DNA from: Candidatus Poseidoniales archaeon
GTDB taxonomy: Archaea; Thermoplasmatota; Poseidoniia; Poseidoniales; Poseidoniaceae
Length of the DNA: 64,000 nucleotides
Reading direction: 5' to 3'
NCBI GenBank assembly: GCA_003602575.1
Contig: QQRY01000001.1
Span: forward strand, 6,856 to 70,855
Position numbers and translations under genes: made by a program. Of the stretch, positions 27,222 through 35,786 are shown one piece after another (the first letter of the stretch is position 1; the number at the start of each line of letters is the position of its first letter). A model generated the notes under the pieces. That model saw only the letters and a list, made by a program, of their open reading frames with translations, was not told the DNA's origin and searched no databases.

Positions 27222-29324
27222 ATGCACCCGCGAGTTAGCGCAGTTTTTGCTGCAATTTTGATGCTCGTCGGGATTCTATCATTCAGTTTTGAGCAAGAAA
27301 TTGATGAATGGGTCAAAGATTATTCAATACAAATCGAAAAAGATAGTGTTGAATTGCTTGGGTTACAAGAAAATGAAAATTGGCCTGTACTAATAGTTGA
27401 CTTTGAGGCAGGGAACAGTAACTGGGGAAAAGATGAGGCTAACAACTTATTGATACCTAGAGCTTCTGAATATATCGACCAATTAAGTTCGTCAACTACT
27501 AGCCTAAATGTTGACATATATTCTTCAATAACAATTCCAGAAAATCCAATGCAATATTATGGTTCAGACTATGGCATTCAAAGAGACTCATCAGAGGATG
27601 GAACGCATTTACCAATGCTTTTAGCTAAGGAGATTGTAAACGAACAGATGAATAATGTAGATTGGAGTAAATATGATCTTGATGGAGATGGATGGATCGA
27701 TAGATTGCTAATACTTCATACGTCAATCGGTCAAGAAGAAGGAGGTAACTCGGATAGAATTTGGAGTCATTTCACTACATTTGATGACCCAATAAGCCTA
27801 CCAAATGATCTAAAAATCGCTCATTATACTATGGCCAGTTTGGGAACAGGTGAGAGTGGTTTTGGAACTGTGATGCATGAAATGTTGCACCAAATGGGTG
27901 CATATGACCTCTATCCTGCCCATGGCAGTATCAATCAACACTCATGGAAAGGAATTGGTGATTGGGACATAATGGCGAATGGAAATTGGAATGGTGATGG
28001 AAAATGGCCTTCAATGCCCACTGCCTCAACCGTTGCCGAAATTGGAGTTAATACCTCAATTGAAATCGAAGATGACTGGATGAAAAATAATAGTCAAAAT
28101 TGTATAGGGCCAACCATGATTTTAGATTCAATCAGTCGAGGAGGTAACTCTCTAAAGGTACAAGTTTCAAATGATGAATATATTTGGATAGAATATCGAG
28201 ATAGTTTTGGATTTGACTCATATCTACCAGGCTTTGGAGTATTGGTAACTTATCAAGATCTTAGTGTAGGAGACTTAGAGCAGAATGAATTGAATGCTAA
28301 TCCAGATAGACCATATTTGGTAGTGATTGAAGCTGATGGAAATAATGGTCTAAGGACTGGCGTTAGTGATGGTGAGCAAAGTGATTTGTTCACAAATGGT
28401 ACTAGTTTTGGTAATTCAGGAATACCTATTCGTAACCACGATGGATTATTGATACCTTGGACTGCAGATGTTGAAATAACCGATAGAGTATATGTCAATT
28501 TTACATCATCAAATTGTAAACCGACTTTCAGTATTGATGCGCCAAACTATGGAGTTTCACTTCTTCCTAATGAGCCAATAGAATTAATCGTTTCAGCCGA
28601 AAATAATTGTGATTTTTCAATTGATATGACCTCAAGTGATGGTCGTATTTTATTGACAAATACCAGTGAAATTGAATCGAATAAACTTGTTTTAGTTGAA
28701 CTATATTTTTCTAGTCCAGGGAGTTCGAATTCCGAGGCGTTAGTTTCCGGAGTTATCGAATGCGGTGAATCAATGTATGACTTAGAAACCAAGGTTCTAA
28801 CATTGTCGAGAAGGCCTGTTGAAAGTAGTTTTATTGCTGAGATAGATGCATATTCGACATCAATCATATCAATACCAATTGAAAGTGAAGGTAATGGTAT
28901 GCAAAGGTTCTCAGCAGAGATTGACGGTCCATTATCCAGAATTGCAACTATTGGGAGTCAGTTAGATTTGCAGGGTAGCGATGAGATAGTCATTAACATC
29001 GACCCCAAGGGACTTCTAGCACCAAACATGCTCGTTAAAGGAGAAATTGTAATTTACGATACATCTGGTGAAAAATGGTTTATCGAGATAGAACTTACAG
29101 CCCAAAATGAAGATGCGAATGGTTTTCAAAAACTCACAACACCTGGTAGAGCAATTGGAATTGCATCTGTTTTAGCATCTCTGTGGGTAATTCTAGGAAT
29201 TCGAGAGAAGTCATCATCGAAAAAGCAAGTTGATAATGTTGTTTTAGAATCTCAAAACGCTGAATCTTATCCAACTGAAAATTTAGAGCAAGAAAATGAT
29301 GCATGGGGACGGCCATTAGACTAA
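27222..29324 (+). CDS. secreted/anchored zinc metalloprotease, M6 (immune inhibitor A)-like HEXXHXXGXXD active site
   Basis: GTVMHEMLHQMGAYDLY matches the M6-type HEXXH...D motif. N-terminal signal anchor from the ATG at 27222. C-terminal TM helix (GIASVLASLWVILGI) plus a charged tail. Begins 40 nt after the tatC stop. Confidence 0.7.
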   Translation: MHPRVSAVFAAILMLVGILSFSFEQEIDEWVKDYSIQIEKDSVELLGLQENENWPVLIVDFEAGNSNWGKDEANNLLIPRASEYIDQLSSSTTSLNVDIYSSITIPENPMQYYGSDYGIQRDSSEDGTHLPMLLAKEIVNEQMNNVDWSKYDLDGDGWIDRLLILHTSIGQEEGGNSDRIWSHFTTFDDPISLPNDLKIAHYTMASLGTGESGFGTVMHEMLHQMGAYDLYPAHGSINQHSWKGIGDWDIMANGNWNGDGKWPSMPTASTVAEIGVNTSIEIEDDWMKNNSQNCIGPTMILDSISRGGNSLKVQVSNDEYIWIEYRDSFGFDSYLPGFGVLVTYQDLSVGDLEQNELNANPDRPYLVVIEADGNNGLRTGVSDGEQSDLFTNGTSFGNSGIPIRNHDGLLIPWTADVEITDRVYVNFTSSNCKPTFSIDAPNYGVSLLPNEPIELIVSAENNCDFSIDMTSSDGRILLTNTSEIESNKLVLVELYFSSPGSSNSEALVSGVIECGESMYDLETKVLTLSRRPVESSFIAEIDAYSTSIISIPIESEGNGMQRFSAEIDGPLSRIATIGSQLDLQGSDEIVINIDPKGLLAPNMLVKGEIVIYDTSGEKWFIEIELTAQNEDANGFQKLTTPGRAIGIASVLASLWVILGIREKSSSKKQVDNVVLESQNAESYPTENLEQENDAWGRPLD

Positions 29325-30427
29325 TCCTTTCCAGGCGACCATCGTTCAACTTGCATGAATCTCCACTTAGAATTATTTTGAATGGCACAAATCCATTTTT
29401 TGTGTACTCCCTCGGATAGACGAATCGATAAACATGCATTTTCCCATGTTTTGGGGCCATCGGTTACTGTTTGTAATAGCCAAGGGGCATGTGATTTGGA
29501 AACTTCATCATCATATATCCTCCACCTTGAACCAAATTTAAATCCTGGACGAAGGATCAATCCCCTATTGATTAAATCATCATAGAGTTTGGAATCAGTT
29601 TCAATCTCTTCCCCGTTAATTTTCTTTTCAAGCCAAACTCCCTCTTCAGTTCTTAGATTAATTCCAGATAAGTGCTCAACACCAATCGAATTCAATGGCC
29701 AATTTCCAATGATTGGCAAATGAAAACCTGAACTTGTAGTAATTTTAGAGTCCCACATTCTCGAAATTAATTCGGTTTCATCATTACTTAGTTCAGTCCA
29801 AATTTTCTGTGAACCTTCGGGTTCGATGAAACTTACTCTATACATTGTAACTTCCATTTCTTCATCTATAATGAAAATATCACACTTACAATTTAGTTCC
29901 TCAACTTCCTCCGCCCACATGAAAATTTCAGTCCAATCCAATGTCTCAAATGTCCAGTACCATCTAACATGAGATACTGGCTCAGTGTTGAATTGTGATT
30001 GATTTCTTTTCCACTTGAGGGCAAAAATATCTGACGACAATTGATAATCTGTGATATTGGATGATGGTATTACAATTTCTCCACCTGAACGGGCAGTATC
30101 AAAAATAACTGCTTTAGCAAGTAAATTTGAATCGTTTTCAATTTCCTTTTCAAACCAATCAGCACTAGGTAGGGGTAAGTGACGGTGCCAATTACAGAAA
30201 AGTATCTCCATAGATGAAAGGGTAATTCCATCTTCACCTCTTAGGGGCCTGCCCAAACCACTCTTTTGGAATAATCTAGCAGAAAGAGGTGGTTTAACTA
30301 ACCAACCCAATTCATGTGGAACAGGTTTGTCATGAGGGGTCTTTGGTGCTGCATTTGAGGTGATACTAGCACCCAAAGGGCGCTTTGTTCTTTGACGCGG
30401 AGTGAACTTTCTGCTATGGCGCGCCAT
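29321..30427 (-). CDS. endA: tRNA-splicing endonuclease (EndA), long single-chain form with a degenerate N-terminal repeat
   Basis: C-terminal catalytic unit LYDDLINRGLILRPGFKFGSRWRIYDD...SHAPWLLQTV...VHKKWICAI matches the EndA motif Y-x-x-L-x-x-R-G-x-x-x-x-x-G-x-K-F-G-x-x-F-x-x-Y...H...K. The 368-aa size fits a two-unit architecture. Confidence 0.75.
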   Translation of the reverse strand: MARHSRKFTPRQRTKRPLGASITSNAAPKTPHDKPVPHELGWLVKPPLSARLFQKSGLGRPLRGEDGITLSSMEILFCNWHRHLPLPSADWFEKEIENDSNLLAKAVIFDTARSGGEIVIPSSNITDYQLSSDIFALKWKRNQSQFNTEPVSHVRWYWTFETLDWTEIFMWAEEVEELNCKCDIFIIDEEMEVTMYRVSFIEPEGSQKIWTELSNDETELISRMWDSKITTSSGFHLPIIGNWPLNSIGVEHLSGINLRTEEGVWLEKKINGEEIETDSKLYDDLINRGLILRPGFKFGSRWRIYDDEVSKSHAPWLLQTVTDGPKTWENACLSIRLSEGVHKKWICAIQNNSKWRFMQVERWSPGKD

Positions 30428-30499
30428 GGTTGTGCGTCATTAATGATGCATTTGAGTTGAACGGATGATATTACTATGTGCTAGTTATGCTAGGAACTT

Positions 30500-31471
30500 A
30501 TGGGTCATAGTATGGTAGATGGGTTTCTTGGCACTTTGACCACGGAACAACGCACGCTTTTGCATTTATCAGATAATAGACTACCTAAGAGCCAATGGGA
30601 AGCACCAGCTTCACTAACTCAAGCGGGGATCTCAGCAGCAGTACATGTTCAAAGGAAGCACGTACCTAGAACACTGAAAAGATTGGAGAGTAATGGCCAT
30701 GTCGATGTAACTAATAGGCATGTTCCAGGTGCTAAGCAAAGAAGGAAAGTATACAGTTTAACAATTCTAGGTAAAGGAATTTCAGATGAATTAAGAAAAC
30801 AAATTTTGGATTTAGAGATTACTAAAGATGGAAATGAAATGAAATTAGGTCAATTAATCAAACCTAATGATAAAATCCTCGAACTTTTATCTCATATAGA
30901 TGAAAATATGTTATATCATAAGTCTGCAGTCATATCCCCAGTTTCCAATCCTGAAGGCGAGGCATCTCTAGATGCACAAGCAGGTGAACAATTAGTAAAG
31001 CGTATGTTTGCAAGAGCATGGGAAGATGGAAAGATTACCAAAGATGAGCAACAATTGATTTCAGAAGTAGTTCAGTTTCTTGGAATGCACCCCGAACGGG
31101 TAATGAGATTATCGGAACAGGCCCGTAAAGAGCAAAATATCCCACCCCCGGAAGAAATTTACCTCGATATGTTACGTCAGGCTCTTATCGATGATTCTAT
31201 TATCGAAGAGGAATTAGTATTACTAGATACATTTAGAGTAGCATTTGGAATAGAATTAGATGTCCATGAAAGATTGCTAAAAGAAGCGATGGAAGAGCCG
31301 GTTTATCCCCAAAACATCCAAACTTACCATGACACATTGATTACAGCAATGGATGATGGGATAATTACTGAAGATGAAGAGGCTATGCTGGAAACTTTGA
31401 GGAAATCACTTGGCGTTAGTGATGGTGAACACGCAAGTTTACTGGCAAAAATTCGCGACAGCCTAAAATGA
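30500..31471 (+). CDS. winged-HTH protein with C-terminal tandem ~45-aa repeats (TerB/DjlA-N-like)
   Basis: wHTH LTQAGISAAVHVQRKHVPRTLKRLESNGHV. Repeats: WEDGKITKDEQQLISEVVQFLGM; LIDDSIIEEELVLLDTFRVAFGI; MDDGIITEDEEAMLETLRKSLGV. Confidence 0.45.
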   Translation: MGHSMVDGFLGTLTTEQRTLLHLSDNRLPKSQWEAPASLTQAGISAAVHVQRKHVPRTLKRLESNGHVDVTNRHVPGAKQRRKVYSLTILGKGISDELRKQILDLEITKDGNEMKLGQLIKPNDKILELLSHIDENMLYHKSAVISPVSNPEGEASLDAQAGEQLVKRMFARAWEDGKITKDEQQLISEVVQFLGMHPERVMRLSEQARKEQNIPPPEEIYLDMLRQALIDDSIIEEELVLLDTFRVAFGIELDVHERLLKEAMEEPVYPQNIQTYHDTLITAMDDGIITEDEEAMLETLRKSLGVSDGEHASLLAKIRDSLK

Positions 31472-31503
31472 ATAATCATACAGCGCTTGCATGAGGGAAT
31501 GAT

Positions 31504-32565
31504 ATGGGAATGACAGATGAAGAAGTTGTACTTCACGATAATTTGAATTCCTTGAAGTCTAATCTGAAAAAGGTTGAGACAGGAAAAATTGTACTAATCG
31601 GAGATATTATGCTTGATTGCTACATACATGGATTCGCAAATAATCTCAATTCACGTGCACCAGTGCCGGTAATTCGTGAAACTAGAAGAGAAGAGGATGT
31701 TGGTGCAGCTGCTCACGTTGCGAGAGGCCTGGAGTCAATGGGTTTTGAAAGTCAAATCTTTGGCGTAATTGGTGATGATAGAGCGGGTATGAGCATCCTA
31801 GAATTTCTTGAAGAAGAGGGTGTTTCAACCGATGGAATTGGAATTGTTGAGGGACGCAAAACCACCGTTAAAACTCGCCTATTAGCCACAAGAGAAAGTT
31901 TAGTTCAAGGCGAACAATTACTGCTAAGATGGGACGTCGAGGATGATCAGAATATTCCGGATGAAGCAATTATGGCCATTTATGAACAAGCGATTGAGCA
32001 ATTGAAAGATTCATTTACAGTTATATTGTCAGATTATGGTCAAGGTGTAGTTAATGATGAAGGAGTAGATAGTATAATTAAATCTGCTAAATCTAATAAT
32101 ATTCCAATTATTGCCGACCCAAAACTTACAGGATTGCATAGAACTCATGGAGTTGATTGGATTGTTTTTCAATCTAGAGGTTTTGAACTAATGCGTAGAA
32201 GAATTGGAGAAACTTCAGATGACTCAGCAGCAAAAAACCTAATTCAAACATATGATTGGAAACATCTTGTAGTATTATCAGGAGAAAACGGGGTTACCAT
32301 TTATTCTGCTGAAGAAGACACTGTTCATGCACCTTGCACGCTAGGAGAATTACGACAAATGATTGGCTTGATTGATGCAGCAGTTGTTGCGATCGCAATA
32401 TCAATTTCCAATAAGTTAGATGTCAAAAACACTGCAATCCTTACTAATGCCGCATGTGAATGTATACTTGGTGCTGAACAAACCGATTCATTTGTATTAA
32501 CACGCGATGACTTGATTAATAGAATAGGCGAAATAGCTTGGAATTTACAAGTTTCCAAACGCTAG
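31504..32565 (+). CDS. PfkB/ribokinase-family sugar kinase, RfaE/HldE domain-I-like
   Basis: KIVLIGDIMLDCYIHG...SRAPVPV matches the RfaE kinase N-terminal signature. PfkB-type anion hole and DTxGAGD-like region near the C-terminus. Confidence 0.7.
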   Translation: MGMTDEEVVLHDNLNSLKSNLKKVETGKIVLIGDIMLDCYIHGFANNLNSRAPVPVIRETRREEDVGAAAHVARGLESMGFESQIFGVIGDDRAGMSILEFLEEEGVSTDGIGIVEGRKTTVKTRLLATRESLVQGEQLLLRWDVEDDQNIPDEAIMAIYEQAIEQLKDSFTVILSDYGQGVVNDEGVDSIIKSAKSNNIPIIADPKLTGLHRTHGVDWIVFQSRGFELMRRRIGETSDDSAAKNLIQTYDWKHLVVLSGENGVTIYSAEEDTVHAPCTLGELRQMIGLIDAAVVAIAISISNKLDVKNTAILTNAACECILGAEQTDSFVLTRDDLINRIGEIAWNLQVSKR

Positions 32566-32573
32566 GTGATAAT

Positions 32574-33071
32574 ATGAGCGCATGGACGCGTCCAACAACT
32601 GCTGACATTGGCTTGCGGGTTTTTTCTTCGAGTTTGAATAATTTATTTTGTGAAACAACAACAGGGATGCAAAATTTGCTAATGACAAATGCTGCTAAAT
32701 TATATCTTAATTCACTCATCAGGCATAGTTCACAATGGAATATTTCACTTGACAAGAATGGTGATTCCGACTATGAAATTCTAATGATAAAATGGCTAGA
32801 AGAGGTTTTGTATAGAAATGAAGTCCACAATGAATTTCTTTGTGAGGTTCAGATTATTTTAACTGATGATGAAGAAAATCTATACTGCAATGCTCAAGTT
32901 GACTGGGTCGAAAGTGAACTAGTCGAAAAGGGAGTGGAAATCAAAGCAGTGACATCTCATGAGTTAGTAATTGATCAATTAGATGAAAAACAAGAATTGC
33001 TCAGTAAATGGGAAGAAATTCCTTCTTTTATCGGTCCAGGTTGGTATTGTGACATAGTATTCGACATCTAA
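32574..33071 (+). CDS. archease (RtcB tRNA-ligase activator family)
   Basis: From the ATG at 32574: MSAWTRPTTADIGLRVFSSSLNNLFCETTTGM (archease H/T-T-A-D-hydrophobic motif) and C-terminal EIKAVTSHELVI. AGGTGA Shine-Dalgarno upstream. The track start at 32538 is a TTG that overlaps the kinase gene. Confidence 0.8.
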   Translation: MSAWTRPTTADIGLRVFSSSLNNLFCETTTGMQNLLMTNAAKLYLNSLIRHSSQWNISLDKNGDSDYEILMIKWLEEVLYRNEVHNEFLCEVQIILTDDEENLYCNAQVDWVESELVEKGVEIKAVTSHELVIDQLDEKQELLSKWEEIPSFIGPGWYCDIVFDI

Positions 33072-33304
33072 CTACTTGATGAGTTTCTTAGTCTAACACC
33101 AACCCAGAAACCAATGGTATTAACGATTAAGTCAGAAATTTTATTGATATTTGATTCAATGGCGAAATCATATGGAAGATATAATTCTAATACTTCCCAA
33201 CCAATTGAAACAACTAGAAAAGCAATCCAATTAGTGGAAATAAATCTTCCAATAAAAGACCACATTAGAAAGTGACCCAGTGAATATAAATTCAGTATTG
33301 ACAA
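33068..33304 (-). CDS. possible small membrane protein (doubtful)
   Basis: 78-aa hydrophobic ORF between archease and the SRP RNA. No motif. May be spurious. Confidence 0.2.
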   Translation of the reverse strand: MSILNLYSLGHFLMWSFIGRFISTNWIAFLVVSIGWEVLELYLPYDFAIESNINKISDLIVNTIGFWVGVRLRNSSSS

Positions 33305-33308
33305 AAAA
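33301..33308 (-). terminator. oligo-T tract (minus-strand ATTTTTTG) at the predicted 3' end of the SRP RNA
   Basis: A T6 run just after the last predicted helix. Archaeal RNAP terminates at oligo-T. Confidence 0.3.
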
Positions 33309-33612
33309 TCACCGAAGTGGGAGGTCCAAAGGTGGACGCTCGTATCTCAAGGCCAAATCCATACACTTTCTCCATCCCGCTACCCCACAGCACTCATGGC
33401 CCCGAGTAGGGCTGCTCCGTTCCCGGCCTGACCTGATTCCCCAGTTATTCAATTCCCGTTTCCCTCCGGATACGGTTCATGACACCCGAGTCATGTGGGG
33501 GCGAGACATCAACGTCCGCGCACAGGAACCAAGAGACCGCTTTCGCCGCCCCAAGGAGTTCAGTCTACCATAAAGACGATTTGTAATACAGGGTACGCCT
33601 AGCTCCCCACCT
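33309..33612 (-). ncRNA. ffs: signal recognition particle RNA (7S/SRP RNA)
   Basis: A ~300-nt GC-rich island in an AT-rich genome. The minus strand contains CAGGUCAGGCCGGGAACGGAGCAGCC, near-identical to the universally conserved SRP RNA helix-8 motif CAGGUCCGGAAGGAAGCAGCC, followed by GUGCUGUGGGGUAGCGGGAUGG. Terminal complementarity: GGUGGGGAG at 33603-33612 pairs with CUCCCAC at 33316-33324. Boundaries are approximate to about 10 nt. Confidence 0.65.
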
Positions 33613-33621
33613 ATCCCGTGT

Positions 33622-33636
33622 ATCGGTTGATGCAGA
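33622..33636 (-). promoter_or_regulatory. TATA-like box (minus-strand CAAATATATC) ~25 nt upstream of the predicted SRP RNA 5' end
   Basis: An AT-rich octamer at the canonical archaeal -26/-27 position relative to the inferred RNA start. Confidence 0.3.
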
Positions 33637-33677
33637 TATATTTGAACAGAACGGTTGAATCTCAGTGAGAAAAATTC

Positions 33678-34055
33678 TCATTCCTCGTATTTCGAGGGGC
33701 AAGATGTCTTAATTATATCAGCCTCAAATAAATACTTACCATCGGAGAATGTCAAAATGCCTTGGGCATAAACGGTTCGATTGTCATCTAAACCATTGGA
33801 AACCGAAGCATCAATATATTCAACTGTTATGTTGTAATTAGAACCATGTAAGATAAAAGTCATCGTACTATTATCAATGCTCCCGTCGAGTACTTCACCA
33901 CGTATTGATATCTCTTGATCGACATACTTACTTGGAGATTCCATAACTTCATCAACTGTGCGTGTTGGCTCAGGCGCTTCAATAATGATAACACCTATCA
34001 AACCAATAGTGATAATTGCTCCAACTATCAAAAGACGATTTTTACGTGACAACAA
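33678..34055 (-). CDS. ccmE: CcmE-like cytochrome c maturation heme chaperone, archaeal CxxxY variant
   Basis: N-terminal TM anchor, then an OB-fold with the CcmE pattern ISIRGEVLDGS...TFILHGSNYNITVEYIDASVSNGLDDNRTVYAQGILTF...FEADIIKTSCPSKYEE. The heme-binding HxxxY of bacterial CcmE is replaced here by CPSKY. Confidence 0.6.
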   Translation of the reverse strand: MLSRKNRLLIVGAIITIGLIGVIIIEAPEPTRTVDEVMESPSKYVDQEISIRGEVLDGSIDNSTMTFILHGSNYNITVEYIDASVSNGLDDNRTVYAQGILTFSDGKYLFEADIIKTSCPSKYEE

Positions 34056-35192
34056 TTATTCCACATCCTCAATTTTATGTGATAGCCCTACAGCATCTTG
34101 TAAGGAAGATAGACCATGGATATCCAATTTCTTTTGCAGACCTTTAACGATTGATTTGGTAATGCCTGCACCCTCAAAAACAAATCCACTATATGCTTGA
34201 ATCAAAGTTGCACCAGCAGTTATCTTCTCCCATGCATCATCTGCACTCATTATACCTCCAACTCCTATTATAGGCCATTTACCATCTGTCATAAGATATA
34301 TTTTTTTGATAAATTCTGTGGAGAGTTTTTTGAGAGGTTTTCCACTCATACCACCTTTCTGTGAAAATACCTTTTCCTCAGATTTGGAATTAGGAACAGG
34401 TCGTGTAGTGGTTGTATTAGTTGCAACAATACCATCACAACCACTCTTCATTGCAGTATTTACTACTAACTTGAGTTGAACATCATCAAGTTCAGGTGCA
34501 ATTTTTACCAAAATAGGTTTCAGATTTGAATTCTTTTCTTGCGACATTTTCTTGTTAATTTTCTGACAAGCAGAAATTATTTTTGCTAATTCATCATCAT
34601 TCTGCAACTCTCTTAAATTGGGAGTATTAGGTGATGACACATTGATAACAAATACATCTCCATAGTCCCACAATCGCATGAAAGTAGTAGAATAGTCATC
34701 TGATGATTTATCCAAAGGAGTCAGTTTAGATTTGCCAAGATTTACCCAAAGGGGGACATTGGGCCTTCCAAATTTATCGAAATGCTTTTTCAGATTCTGT
34801 GCAGTCTTTTCTGAACCGGGGTTATTGAATCCCATACGATTAACAAGGGCATTGGAGGAATCCGAACGAAACATCCTCGGCTTAGGATTACCCTGTTGCT
34901 CGAGTTCAGTAACACCGCCGATTTCAATGAATCCAAGACCTAAATTTTCCCATCCCCTAAGAGCCTCCGCTTTCTTATCCATGCCTGCTGCCAAACCTAA
35001 CGGATGGTCATAAGTAGTGCCGAGGAAAGTTATCGGGATTTTCTTCTTTGGCTTGAATAAAATCCTCATTGGGATTCTTGTAAATGGGTTAGAAGAAAAT
35101 AGTTTCAACAATTTGAGAGCCCTAGAATGAGCACGTTCAGAATCTTGAAGCGCGATAATTGGGCGCGCAAAGAGCCTAAATCCAAGTCCCAT
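34056..35192 (-). CDS. pyrD: dihydroorotate dehydrogenase (quinone), class 2
   Basis: GLAAGMDKKAEAL...GFIEIGGVTELEQQGNPKPRMFR...ALVNRMGFNNPG...GVGGIMSADDAWEKI are the class-2 PyrD blocks. Confidence 0.85.
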   Translation of the reverse strand: MGLGFRLFARPIIALQDSERAHSRALKLLKLFSSNPFTRIPMRILFKPKKKIPITFLGTTYDHPLGLAAGMDKKAEALRGWENLGLGFIEIGGVTELEQQGNPKPRMFRSDSSNALVNRMGFNNPGSEKTAQNLKKHFDKFGRPNVPLWVNLGKSKLTPLDKSSDDYSTTFMRLWDYGDVFVINVSSPNTPNLRELQNDDELAKIISACQKINKKMSQEKNSNLKPILVKIAPELDDVQLKLVVNTAMKSGCDGIVATNTTTTRPVPNSKSEEKVFSQKGGMSGKPLKKLSTEFIKKIYLMTDGKWPIIGVGGIMSADDAWEKITAGATLIQAYSGFVFEGAGITKSIVKGLQKKLDIHGLSSLQDAVGLSHKIEDVE

Positions 35193-35212
35193 GATTAACT
35201 CACACCAACGGT

Positions 35213-35689
35213 ATGCTTCAAGACTTGCGCTTGCATGGCCCTGATATGCGCATGGATAACGACCTCTGGCCTGTCGTCAGAGAATCTGCGCGAAGGGTAT
35301 TGAGGTTAGAAAATATTTCAATTGAATTACCCATAGAATTAGCTTCTGATTTTAATGAATTATGTGATGAAATCTCACAAAACATACCATCGAGATTAGT
35401 ATTTCCTAAAGTTGTATATAGTGAAGCAGAATCAATAGAAATAAAATTACTAGATTCAAAACCTAATTTTGATGAGACGATTGTAGTAATTGGAATGATT
35501 GAGCCAGATGAAAATGTGTGTTGGATCGAATCTGAAATTTTTCAGGGATGGGCTTGGCTTATTGAATCATGTCACGATCTTCTAGAAGCCGGGTACCCGG
35601 GTTGTGTTGGCTGTGGAGGACCAAATTCAGAAGAACCCTGGAATGAAGTTCAATATCGTTCAAATAGAAAATTACTTGAAAAAAAATAG
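35213..35689 (+). CDS. hypothetical protein
   Basis: Divergent from pyrD. Contains GYPGCVGCGG. No family recognised. Confidence 0.35.
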   Translation: MLQDLRLHGPDMRMDNDLWPVVRESARRVLRLENISIELPIELASDFNELCDEISQNIPSRLVFPKVVYSEAESIEIKLLDSKPNFDETIVVIGMIEPDENVCWIESEIFQGWAWLIESCHDLLEAGYPGCVGCGGPNSEEPWNEVQYRSNRKLLEKK

Positions 35690-35786
35690 ATTCGAAAAAC
35701 CGTATATTTCACTACAGATACTAAAGTATCTGGACAAAATTCAACCTAAGAGAGGGTTCAAGTACGCTCGGCTATCGGGGTTATTC

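Noticed and set aside
33280-33573. 97-aa plus-strand ORF in the ORF track
   Set aside because: Lies entirely within the GC-rich SRP RNA gene. Its Pro/Arg/Gly-rich translation is what a GC-rich structured RNA typically gives. No protein features.
35604-35786. Track start of the topoisomerase ORF at 35604 (61 extra N-terminal residues)
   Set aside because: Type IA topoisomerases begin with the Toprim strand (MAIIVIAEKPS). The upstream residues are not conserved-looking and overlap the preceding gene. Start moved to 35787.
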